A DNA stretch of 30,810 nucleotides, taken from the IMG/VR virus record IMGVR_UViG_3300011338_000219, positions 1 to 30,810 of that record. One strand, 5' to 3'. Of the stretch, positions 18,524-26,332 are shown in pieces. This stretch comes from a virus (Duplodnaviria; Caudoviricetes). The position numbers and the translations under genes were made by a program. The notes under the pieces were generated by a model. The model made no database searches, was not told where the DNA came from, and saw nothing but the letters and a program-made list of their open reading frames with translations. Position 1 is the first letter of the stretch, and each line of letters begins with the position of its first letter.

Positions 18524-18780
18524 TGCTCTATATTATTTCGGTAGTAATTATTTGTTGCATTTACAATTATTTCTAATTCACGAAAATTGCAATCTTGCAC
18601 CTCTTTATTATTTCCTGCAATCATTCCTTGGCAATAAGCTTCAGTAATTTCATTTTTATACTGCCTTCTGGCGTCTTCTAAATCTCTATCAAAATGCACT
18701 AAATATGCCTTGCCAAAATCATAGTAATGATCTTTCATTGACTTTCTAAATTGGTCAATTAGTTTTTCTATTGAATTCAT
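18520..18780 (-). CDS. Hypothetical protein (probable paralog of 19353-19616)
   Basis: ATGA-coupled; SIEKLI...KNEITEAY...YY pattern. Confidence 0.6.
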   Translation of the reverse strand: MNSIEKLIDQFRKSMKDHYYDFGKAYLVHFDRDLEDARRQYKNEITEAYCQGMIAGNNKEVQDCNFRELEIIVNATNNYYRNNIEQ

Positions 18781-19142
18781 TGCTCAATTATTTTTTTTAA
18801 GTTAGGTGTAAAATAGTTTTCTCCCTTTAATACCTTTCCATCCTCTCGGTAAATGGGTTGGCCGTTGCTATCCAGTTTGCTCATATTACTTGCGTGAACT
18901 TCGTCGAACATTGCTTCAAGTTTGTCATCAATTCCCAAGTCAATTGCGTATCCGAAAAGTAAATACATTTGATCTATAATAGCATCAGAAATCTCAAAGA
19001 TGTCTATTGCATTTTTCATCTCGTCTAATTCCTCTTGTATTAATCTTTCGTGCAATAAGCAATCTTGGCTTGACTTGCAACCTGCAATTGGTAGGTTAAA
19101 TCTTTGGCGAAATTCTCGCACTTGGTCAATTTGTTTTTTCAT
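18777..19142 (-). CDS. MazG-like NTP pyrophosphohydrolase (DR2231/PRA-PH-like)
   Basis: LIQEELDE, DAIID, EVHASNMSKL and YREDGKVLKG motifs. Confidence 0.85.
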   Translation of the reverse strand: MKKQIDQVREFRQRFNLPIAGCKSSQDCLLHERLIQEELDEMKNAIDIFEISDAIIDQMYLLFGYAIDLGIDDKLEAMFDEVHASNMSKLDSNGQPIYREDGKVLKGENYFTPNLKKIIEQ

Positions 19143-19372
19143 TCTAATACTCTTTTTAATACCTCAAATTTTGAACTAAATATTTCTTTTGTGAATTTCC
19201 CCTGCGAATAATCAAATGACCAACATTCGCCATCTTTACTCCATTTTAAGTAGTTGCAAATTCTGCAACATTTAACCCTTCTGTGGTCACTTGGCCTTTG
19301 ATATTTCATCTTGTCCTTTGAGAAAAAGAACAAAGGAAACTTTCGGTTACAACTAAAGCACTTCTTTGTCAT
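19139..19372 (-). CDS. Small zinc-finger protein
   Basis: MTKKCFSC...CCRIC; ATG at 19372 preferred over the longer ORF-track start. Confidence 0.6.
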   Translation of the reverse strand: MTKKCFSCNRKFPLFFFSKDKMKYQRPSDHRRVKCCRICNYLKWSKDGECWSFDYSQGKFTKEIFSSKFEVLKRVLE

Positions 19373-19616
19373 CTTCAAATGTTTCGTTGTAGTATTGTTC
19401 AGATAGTTTAAGCATATCACCATCTGGGTTTAATAGTGTAATTATTGACCCATCATAATGAGCATCTTCAATTTCCTCCTTATGCATTGCTTTTAATTTT
19501 TCAATAATTGGTAAAATTGTATGAATTGTATACCCAGCATTCAGTTGGACATTGTTTAATTTTAATATAATTTCAATTTGCTCAATCAAAAAATCAATAC
19601 TACTTTGTTTACTCAT
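19353..19616 (-). CDS. Hypothetical protein
   Basis: SSIDFLIEQ...KAMHKEEIEDAH...EQYYNETF; tightly packed with its neighbours. Confidence 0.65.
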   Translation of the reverse strand: MSKQSSIDFLIEQIEIILKLNNVQLNAGYTIHTILPIIEKLKAMHKEEIEDAHYDGSIITLLNPDGDMLKLSEQYYNETFEDDKEVL

Positions 19617-19962
19617 TTGTCACCTCCACTTTTTCAGATTCTTCCTTTGCGTTCTGAATCAATTTAGTCAATTCGGGGAGCATCCAGTAACCATAGGTTG
19701 CCATCTCATAGGTAAAGTCATCCAACTGGCGAGTAATATCGGGAAGGATTGCACCATCTACATTCCATAACTCAGTTATTGTCTTGCCGTGTTCACGTTG
19801 GATTGATTCATTGAGCCTTTTCATCAACATCTTTGTTTGATGATTGTAAAACCATTTGACTGTCTCACATTCATCTGCTGCGTAGAGTGAAGCTTGTAAC
19901 CACATTAATAGGTTCAGCACCTTCAACTTTTCGTGGTCATCGTGTGTAATTTTGTTTTTCAT
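19609..19962 (-). CDS. Hypothetical protein
   Basis: 117-aa ORF coupled to its neighbours. Confidence 0.65.
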   Translation of the reverse strand: MKNKITHDDHEKLKVLNLLMWLQASLYAADECETVKWFYNHQTKMLMKRLNESIQREHGKTITELWNVDGAILPDITRQLDDFTYEMATYGYWMLPELTKLIQNAKEESEKVEVTNE

Positions 19963-20111
19963 AACTCGTCTTGGATTTGTTTGCTGATTAGTTGTAGTGC
20001 GTATTTAGCACCTTCCATAAATGCGAAATAAGCTTCTCCGCTCATCTGCTCATCGTTTCCAAATGAGGCATAACTTTCAGCCTTCATTTCAATTAGTTTG
20101 TTTAGTTCCAT
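19959..20111 (-). CDS. Hypothetical 50-aa protein
   Basis: MELNKLIEMKAESYA...FMEGAKYALQLISKQIQDEL*; A-rich leader and ATGA overlap with the next gene. Not in the ORF track. Confidence 0.65.
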   Translation of the reverse strand: MELNKLIEMKAESYASFGNDEQMSGEAYFAFMEGAKYALQLISKQIQDEL

Positions 20112-20132
20112 ATTGTGTTTTTTAGTTGGTTA

Positions 20133-20140
20133 CAAATATA
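20133..20140 (-). promoter_or_regulatory. Bacteroidota sigma-A -7 element (TATATTTG)
   Basis: Matches TAnnTTTG, intergenic, 21 nt upstream of ORF 20111; the -33 element is not clear. Confidence 0.6.
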
Positions 20141-20149
20141 AATAAATTT

Positions 20150-21442
20150 CTACGCAAACGCATACTTTCCGAAATTCTTTTTTAATTCGTAGAACGCCCT
20201 CATCATAATTGCATCTGCAAAGTCGGGTGAAAGTCCGTGCCTCTTTTTCAAATCTTCTTTGTTGGTCACTCGCAACTTGCCATCACCATCCAACTTTTCA
20301 CGTCTTATCATCTCCAGTTCTTTGACAATGGTGTCCTTATGCGTTGATTCAAATGTGATAAGGTTGTTGGTTATCAATTCGCCAAGCTTAAAATAGCAAT
20401 CACTTTTGAGGTTGAGGTAGTTTTCACGGACTGCTTTTGATCCGTTCAAGAATCCTTTGCATTTAAGGTAATCAACTGCACCTCCGCCGATGCCATCTTC
20501 ATCACAAAGGACATTTGAAAGCTTCACACCGTGTGATTTCACCAATTGATTAATTGTGTCAACCACCTCATTAATTGGTTTATGTTTAAGGACAACAAAC
20601 TTTTCAGCGTGTAACCCATTCCACACAACTATAACTGTCCTATCATCTCCCATCCGTGCAATGTCAGCAGTTATGAATTTATCTGCTGATGAATTTGCAG
20701 GAGTGCGGAAACATCGCAGTAAGTCATCGTATTCATAAAGCCTATCCTTTGTCTCATCATAGTCCCAATCGCCTTCTAAAAGTCTTTTTCTATCCACTTC
20801 TGGAAGCAATAAAAGCGATTCTAAATAGACTGGAGATACGTGGGGATTGTCCGTTGGTAAAGCTTGGATGAATTCCCTATCTGACCTTATCAATCCACTA
20901 CGTTTAGCATCAAAGAACTCACGATAGAGCCATCCTTTGTGAGGATTGCAAGTGAGTAACCCCTTTGGTTTGTCGTTAATCAATTTATAGCGCACCCTTG
21001 ACGCCAAGATATTAACGCATTTCTCACTCACCTCCCCTGCTTCATCAACAAAATAATCAGTTAACTCAATTGAACCAAACCTCTGAAACTCGGGATCAGA
21101 TGGGGTATCAGCCAAGTCCATTAATATCGTTTGACTTCCATTAAACCAAGTGATAACGTGGTCTTGTCCATTGTACGTATAGTGTTTTCCTGCGATACGA
21201 TTGTGATGAGCGCAACGTTCAACGACGGTCTGCATAGTGGACAGGCGAAGCTTTTTTAATTCAGCACGGCCAATGAGGCCTCTTGTACCTGGATACTTCA
21301 ACCTCCTTTTTATTTGCCAATCGCATCCGAGGAATGACTTTCCTCCTCCAACACCTCCACCATATAACACCTGCTTAATATCAGAGTCAATGGCGAGAGC
21401 GTTGAGTGCTGCTATTTGCTTTTCGTGAAATTCAATTTTCAT
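20150..21442 (-). CDS. terL: Terminase large subunit
   Basis: Q motif (HEKQ), Walker A GGGVGGGKS, Walker B YFVDEA, LTCNP, and nuclease motifs ITADIARMGDD and SPDFADA. Confidence 0.92.
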   Translation of the reverse strand: MKIEFHEKQIAALNALAIDSDIKQVLYGGGVGGGKSFLGCDWQIKRRLKYPGTRGLIGRAELKKLRLSTMQTVVERCAHHNRIAGKHYTYNGQDHVITWFNGSQTILMDLADTPSDPEFQRFGSIELTDYFVDEAGEVSEKCVNILASRVRYKLINDKPKGLLTCNPHKGWLYREFFDAKRSGLIRSDREFIQALPTDNPHVSPVYLESLLLLPEVDRKRLLEGDWDYDETKDRLYEYDDLLRCFRTPANSSADKFITADIARMGDDRTVIVVWNGLHAEKFVVLKHKPINEVVDTINQLVKSHGVKLSNVLCDEDGIGGGAVDYLKCKGFLNGSKAVRENYLNLKSDCYFKLGELITNNLITFESTHKDTIVKELEMIRREKLDGDGKLRVTNKEDLKKRHGLSPDFADAIMMRAFYELKKNFGKYAFA

Positions 21443-21826
21443 TTAGAAAAGTGTTAGTTGGTTGTCATCATTTGGCAATTCATCGGATAGCATTCGCAGG
21501 ATGGAATCGTATTTGCAATGGTCATTGTTATTGCCAATCAAATAAAGCAATCGGTTAACACTTGCGTTGTATGCCTCATCTTCGGTGGCGTAACCACTCG
21601 AATGGTCAAGCACTGGCTCACTCCATCCTTGATTTTGCCCGATAAAACTTAACCCATACACCCAACGGTTATTCCTATTTTTTGCCCATTTAACTTGAGC
21701 GGTGTATTTACGACTGCATTTGAAGGTCATTAGCTTTTCATTTTCGCAGACACCGTGTTGATTCCATTCAAATACACGTTCACCTTTTTCGATGAATTCT
21801 TCTTGATCAAAATCTTCTTGTGTCAT
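21443..21826 (-). CDS. Hypothetical protein
   Basis: 127-aa ORF ending QLTLF (resembles a beta-clamp-binding motif); abuts terL. Confidence 0.65.
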   Translation of the reverse strand: MTQEDFDQEEFIEKGERVFEWNQHGVCENEKLMTFKCSRKYTAQVKWAKNRNNRWVYGLSFIGQNQGWSEPVLDHSSGYATEDEAYNASVNRLLYLIGNNNDHCKYDSILRMLSDELPNDDNQLTLF

Positions 21827-22596
21827 AACTTGTCCTTTGCCTTTTGTTGTAAGATATGACTGTCCATAATGTCTGCGTATACGAGCCTCGAAAGTTCCGC
21901 CTGATAATCTTCTTTGATTCTATCCTTTGCCATTTTATCAAGTCGCTTGAATTTATAGTCACTCATTTGATTTGCGTCAAGTGTCTTTTTGTATGCCATA
22001 AATTGCCAACGTTTCCACTCATCATCAGACCAAGTGGCATCCGTGTAAGCGCCTAATTCGTACAACTTGCGAAGCTTCATCGGTGCTAACATTAGAACGT
22101 AATCACGTTTGTTCTCTTTCCACAATTGAATATCATCAGTGAACATCTTGAGCCAATTAACTGGAGTGGATTCGTCTAATGATGGTGCAGGAATGGATAG
22201 CTTTTGTTTCTTTTTGTCAATAGCTAAATTCATCTTCATTTTATACTCACTGTATTGCTTCAAGACATCGGATAAAAACGCAACCGACATCAACCCAAAG
22301 CATTCCACGCGTGGCCATTCTTGTCCAACTGCATTCAGTTGGAAGGCAAGTGCTAACTCACCAATCGTAACGTATCTATAATGCCCTTGAATCACTCCAT
22401 ACAATAGATTCGTTTCTTCGTCTGAAGGTAAAGTCTTGATCCCGTATAATACAATTCCATAAGACAAAGTCTGCTTAAAAATTGAGAGTGTGCAGTCGCC
22501 AAGATTGATTTGTTCCTGCGCCTGAAGGAATGCCTTTTCATTAGGCGTCAAGCCATTGCTGTAGGCTTGTCCGTTGTATTCTACCAATTGTGTCAT
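21823..22596 (-). CDS. Hypothetical protein, replication module (helicase-loader position)
   Basis: 257 aa, directly after the initiator-like gene; function from context only. Confidence 0.55.
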   Translation of the reverse strand: MTQLVEYNGQAYSNGLTPNEKAFLQAQEQINLGDCTLSIFKQTLSYGIVLYGIKTLPSDEETNLLYGVIQGHYRYVTIGELALAFQLNAVGQEWPRVECFGLMSVAFLSDVLKQYSEYKMKMNLAIDKKKQKLSIPAPSLDESTPVNWLKMFTDDIQLWKENKRDYVLMLAPMKLRKLYELGAYTDATWSDDEWKRWQFMAYKKTLDANQMSDYKFKRLDKMAKDRIKEDYQAELSRLVYADIMDSHILQQKAKDKL

Positions 22597-22915
22597 TGTG
22601 TTGATTTTTAGTTACAAATTTAGTTAAGTCCCAAGCCGAGCGCATCGCTGCCTTCCAATCTTTCATCTTATTCTTGCCATATTTCCAACCCGTGTTGGTG
22701 TAATGGGAGATAAAAACATCAGCGAAGTTGAGCGCATCTTCAGAGGTTGCGTGTGGCATCTTCTCAAGGAAATGGTCAGCGACTTCTTCAAGAGACGGCA
22801 CAATGAAACGACATTCTTTCGATTTTGTCCTTTGTGACAACTGCATCTCCAGTTGGTTCACTCTCTCTTCGAGTGATGCTATTTTTAAGAACAAAGATTG
22901 GTTGTTGTTTTCCAT
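22541..22915 (-). CDS. Replication initiator-like protein (C-terminal-domain type)
   Basis: PSLEEV...FISHY...GWKYGKNKMKDWKAAMR.W motif seen at the C-termini of phage replisome organisers. Confidence 0.6.
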   Translation of the reverse strand: MENNNQSLFLKIASLEERVNQLEMQLSQRTKSKECRFIVPSLEEVADHFLEKMPHATSEDALNFADVFISHYTNTGWKYGKNKMKDWKAAMRSAWDLTKFVTKNQHNDTIGRIQRTSLQQWLDA

Positions 22916-23381
22916 TTAGTTGTTGTTTTAGTTCGCTGCAATTATAGCCATATTTCTCGAATTTGTCAAAACATTCCTCAGCAACTGACCTATAAGCGGG
23001 ATCAATAGCATACAACTCAACAAATTTCCGAGCGTTGGATATGGCTGAAGCGTGGTCAAGATTAAACAATGAGCCGATATACTGCCAAGTGTGGTTAGTT
23101 GCAAAATAATACAATGCTATGTAGTAACTCCGAGCGTCAGCAATTGGTCTTGTGCGTATCTTTTGCTTTAACTTTTCGAATGGAATACCCAAGACTTCAA
23201 CGCAAATTTCATCTAGCACTTCGGCAACCGTTCTGAATTCACCTGCGTTTTTTATCAACTCATCTAGATTTTCGATGAGTTCAAGATGTTCGGGATGGTC
23301 AAATAAATCTTTTAGATTACTCAAATGCATTGCACTGGTCACCTTCAAATTGTCAATGACTTTCATTAAATCTTTATTCAT
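22788..23381 (-). CDS. DnaA C-terminal (domain IV) HTH-like DNA-binding protein
   Basis: RTRPIADAR...YF.T..T...IGSLFNLDHASAI..ARK resembles the DnaA domain IV pattern (R...AR...IG..F..DH.TV). Confidence 0.7.
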   Translation of the reverse strand: MNKDLMKVIDNLKVTSAMHLSNLKDLFDHPEHLELIENLDELIKNAGEFRTVAEVLDEICVEVLGIPFEKLKQKIRTRPIADARSYYIALYYFATNHTWQYIGSLFNLDHASAISNARKFVELYAIDPAYRSVAEECFDKFEKYGYNCSELKQQLNGKQQPIFVLKNSITRRESEPTGDAVVTKDKIERMSFHCAVS

Positions 23382-23607
23382 TGCAGTAAATTTGAGGTTC
23401 GTGTTCGTTTTCGTTTTCAGCTACTGCCAATTCAATCAATTCGCATTTATCAACGTTGATTAACTTCGATAACTTATCAATGTGATGTATTGACATCGTT
23501 AGCGGATAACTTTCATACTTGCGGCCAGTTGGCCAAGTGACTTCCATCGCTCTCGCAAATTCCTGCGTATTGGCGAAATGGGTTTTAATTAGTGTTCTAA
23601 ATTTCAT
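23374..23607 (-). CDS. Cro/XRE-like HTH protein
   Basis: TQEFARAMEVTWPTGRKYE helix-turn-helix pattern. Confidence 0.55.
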   Translation of the reverse strand: MKFRTLIKTHFANTQEFARAMEVTWPTGRKYESYPLTMSIHHIDKLSKLINVDKCELIELAVAENENEHEPQIYCNE

Positions 23608-23611
23608 ATAA

Positions 23612-23992
23612 TTAAAAGTTTAATGGTTCAATAGTTAAAGTCCGAACAGCCCTAACATAGTAATCATCGTTTTTATCAATGCCGTAGGTGTTGCCATCAC
23701 CAAAGTAGAACACCCATGCGCTGCCGGAACTGTACTCCGACAAAGACCAATACGATTCTTTTTTGAAAAGGTCTTTGTGTTCTGAATCCAAAATTAATTG
23801 TAATTCAGTTATAGTGGGTAATCTCCATCCATCACCCAACTCTTTTATTTTTTCAACTGCCTCATCCCAATTCATTTTACCCAATTCATCAGGATAAATT
23901 TCAAAGTTAAAATCTTTTTTTACTACAAGTTTTTTCTCTTGTGTGATTGGAGTTAACTCATACTTTTGCCCATCAATTGTAATTGTTTTCAT
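23612..23992 (-). CDS. DUF1566/C-type-lectin-fold protein (DGR-target family)
   Basis: MNWDEA, GWRLPTITEL, YWSLSE, AW..YF..G and YVRAVR motifs. Confidence 0.8.
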   Translation of the reverse strand: MKTITIDGQKYELTPITQEKKLVVKKDFNFEIYPDELGKMNWDEAVEKIKELGDGWRLPTITELQLILDSEHKDLFKKESYWSLSEYSSGSAWVFYFGDGNTYGIDKNDDYYVRAVRTLTIEPLNF

Positions 23993-24050
23993 ACTAATTT
24001 TTTTAGATATTCAATAAATTCTTTCGGGTCATCAAAGTTGATAACCCCCC

Positions 24051-24752
24051 TTAAAAAGGGAGGTCATCAGCGTTAGATAATTTACCATCGTGAATTGCGT
24101 CCTTGTACGGATTATCTCCAGTTGTAAGATACACCTCAAATGCTTGAGCCGTAGCGCAAATGATTCCAATCTGTTGATTGATATCTTGACCTTCACCTTT
24201 GTGGAGATCAACGGCTGCCTTCAAAGCTACTGCACGTGCGATATCTGCTTTATCTTCGGGAGATTTGCCAAATGACTTTGCAGCACCTCCACCATTCCAC
24301 GCAGGTTTAGAAGCTTGAAGGAATTTGATGTTCCAAAACTTACCTTTTTGTTCGTACTCGTAGTTCATTTCATCTCCGACCTTCCAACTGGGTACTTGTG
24401 TCTTGGCAAATGCGCCACCGACATCACCATTTTCCATTTGTACCTCAAATTTGTAGAGGTCTTTCCACGTGCCATCATTTTGGATGGACTTGATTTTTGA
24501 TGTTTTCATCTTGTTTTGTTTATTAATTATTGATTGATATTCTTTTTCTAAATCCGTTTCGAAGTCGATATGCATCATTACTCCTTTGTATGCAACTGTA
24601 ATGAGCCTACCTTGACTCAATTCATATTCCTCTCTTTTGCGTTCACGATAGGATAGAGGCTTACCAGTTTCAAACTCCTTCCAATATTGATACAAACATT
24701 GTTTTTGTTCACGTTCTGCATCATTCGCAAACTCATCGTAAAACTGACTCAT
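24051..24752 (-). CDS. Single-stranded DNA-binding protein-like (core probably starts at ATG 24509)
   Basis: Beta-rich OB-like region, Gly-rich linker, and acidic tip NADDLPF like the SSB-Ct. An A-rich leader precedes the internal MKTSK start. Confidence 0.6.
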   Translation of the reverse strand: MSQFYDEFANDAEREQKQCLYQYWKEFETGKPLSYRERKREEYELSQGRLITVAYKGVMMHIDFETDLEKEYQSIINKQNKMKTSKIKSIQNDGTWKDLYKFEVQMENGDVGGAFAKTQVPSWKVGDEMNYEYEQKGKFWNIKFLQASKPAWNGGGAAKSFGKSPEDKADIARAVALKAAVDLHKGEGQDINQQIGIICATAQAFEVYLTTGDNPYKDAIHDGKLSNADDLPF

Positions 24753-24922
24753 CTCTTGTATGTCTTTTCGGTTAACAATGCCTCCATTCTTTCAAATGGT
24801 TTTCGAGGTACACTTTCAGCTATGTGTTGAGCGATTGCATTAAAGTCAAGTTGCTCACTTGGATAACTGGATGACTGCACGCATATAAATTTACGTGGGT
24901 AGGTGCTATCAAATTTCTTCAT
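24749..24922 (-). CDS. Hypothetical 57-aa protein
   Basis: MKKFDSTYPRKFIC...TEKTYKR*; ATGA overlap with the next gene and fills the gap. Not in the ORF track. Confidence 0.6.
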   Translation of the reverse strand: MKKFDSTYPRKFICVQSSSYPSEQLDFNAIAQHIAESVPRKPFERMEALLTEKTYKR

Positions 24923-25139
24923 AACTTATTTGATTATTTATTTTGTTCAACAAATTAACTGATTCGTTAAAGTCCAAAATCCAACTATACATTCCCCTTT
25001 CAATATGCAACTGTAAAAAATGTTTTATTGCTGCTGCTTCTTTTGCATCTAATAGATAGATTCCGCTTCCAATAAGATTTCTTTTTAATTCAAAATCTTC
25101 AAGATCTCTACCATAAATCTCAATCTTTTTGTACTGCAT
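24909..25139 (-). CDS. Hypothetical protein
   Basis: 76-aa ORF tightly packed in the operon. Confidence 0.6.
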   Translation of the reverse strand: MQYKKIEIYGRDLEDFELKRNLIGSGIYLLDAKEAAAIKHFLQLHIERGMYSWILDFNESVNLLNKINNQISYEEI

Positions 25140-25140
25140 C

Positions 25141-25320
25141 TCAAATGTGTTTAGTGATGAACAAAGGTGCTGATTCGATTGGATAGTACTTTGTCATTGT
25201 CCAACAAATGTTTCCAATCATTCGGCACAATGCGATTTCGTTACCTGCAACGTGAACTTCGTTGATTCCTTTTTTAGCTACTGACAATCTGTGTTGTCTT
25301 GAAATGATGTTGTTTTTCAT
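25141..25320 (-). CDS. Hypothetical 59-aa protein, first gene of the leftward operon
   Basis: ATG at 25320 after an A-rich leader and downstream of a promoter; the ORF-track start lies inside that promoter. Confidence 0.6.
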   Translation of the reverse strand: MKNNIISRQHRLSVAKKGINEVHVAGNEIALCRMIGNICWTMTKYYPIESAPLFITKHI

Positions 25321-25350
25321 TTTGTTTGTTTTAATTGTTCGTTTGTTTGG

Positions 25351-25380
25351 CAAATCTATAAATAAATTTTGATTTGTCAA
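25351..25380 (-). promoter_or_regulatory. Bacteroidota sigma-A promoter TTG-N19-TAGATTTG driving the leftward (early) operon
   Basis: CAAATCTA at 25351-25358 and CAA at 25378-25380 on the + strand. Confidence 0.75.
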
Positions 25381-25440
25381 CAAAAAAATTAAAATATTTT
25401 TAGTTTTCCAATGTTTATGCGGGTTTCAGATAGCAATTTT

Positions 25441-25460
25441 TTTTTGATGAATATCAAAAA
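25441..25460. promoter_or_regulatory. Perfect inverted repeat TTTTTGAT-GAAT-ATCAAAAA, candidate operator
   Basis: 8-bp arms in the divergent intergenic region. Confidence 0.35.
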
Positions 25461-25479
25461 TGCGTATTAAATTAGATGC

Positions 25480-25875
25480 GTGAAAGGTAAAATTCTACAT
25501 AGTTTGAAGCCAAGAGCGAAAAAACCATTCGCAGGGGAGGCAGGAGTTCAGGTTGCAATCATTCAATACATCAAAATGCAATATCCAAATGCGTTGTATT
25601 GCGCATCCGCAGGCGGTATGTTCACAAGTATGAAGCAAGCCATTAAGATGAAAGCAACTGGATACGTGAAAGGCTTTCCCGACCTTCAAATATGCGAACC
25701 CAATGGCAAGTACTTTGGCCTTTTTATTGAAGTCAAAACTGAAAAGGGTGTGGTTAGTAAGGAACAGAAGGAATGGATAAAGGAACTGAACCAAAGAGGT
25801 TATTATGCTACTTATGTAAAAGGTCTTGATGAGGCCATTAAAATTATAGATGAATATTTCAAAGGCACAATATGA
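25480..25875 (+). CDS. VRR-NUC (PD-(D/E)xK) nuclease, putative junction resolvase
   Basis: E..VQ, G..KGFPDL, LFIEVK and SKEQKEWI motifs. Confidence 0.85.
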   Translation: MKGKILHSLKPRAKKPFAGEAGVQVAIIQYIKMQYPNALYCASAGGMFTSMKQAIKMKATGYVKGFPDLQICEPNGKYFGLFIEVKTEKGVVSKEQKEWIKELNQRGYYATYVKGLDEAIKIIDEYFKGTI

Positions 25876-26332
25876 GCAGCATCGCAGATTAGCTATTAAT
25901 CTCTGCGGTGGGAATGTCTATGAGGCAGATGACCTTCTGCACGATACGCTACTATGCATCTTTGAAAACAAATCTACTATCAAGAACTCCGAGCATTACA
26001 TCAACCACGCACTTAAGATAGCGCATTGGAGTAATCGCAGTCACTACCACAATACTATCCGTAAGTTTAACCAAATGTCGGATGAACCAACTGAATCACA
26101 ACTGCGTGATTTTGAAAGTGTGGAGGTGTGGCTTGGGGATAGAATAACAAATGAACAGTTGGACATTTTGATTTCAAGACTGCCAATGTTGGAACGTGAG
26201 GTATTTTATTTATATGCCTTAAATGATTTCAGCTATCAGACCTTATCGGATGAAACTGGAATCCCAAAGAAGGCTCTTTATAACTTTGTTAAGTACGCAA
26301 AAAACGAAATAAGAAAAGCTATTGTAATATGA
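25850..26332 (+). CDS. ECF-type sigma-70-like factor
   Basis: Region 2-like EADDLLHDTLL; region 4-like RLPMLEREVF...SYQTLSDETGIP. Confidence 0.75.
   Translation: MNISKAQYEQHRRLAINLCGGNVYEADDLLHDTLLCIFENKSTIKNSEHYINHALKIAHWSNRSHYHNTIRKFNQMSDEPTESQLRDFESVEVWLGDRITNEQLDILISRLPMLEREVFYLYALNDFSYQTLSDETGIPKKALYNFVKYAKNEIRKAIVI

Noticed and set aside
25398-25427. dif/XerC-like half site (AACCCGCATAA on the - strand)
   Set aside because: The partner XerD arm does not match; insufficient to claim Xer-mediated integration.
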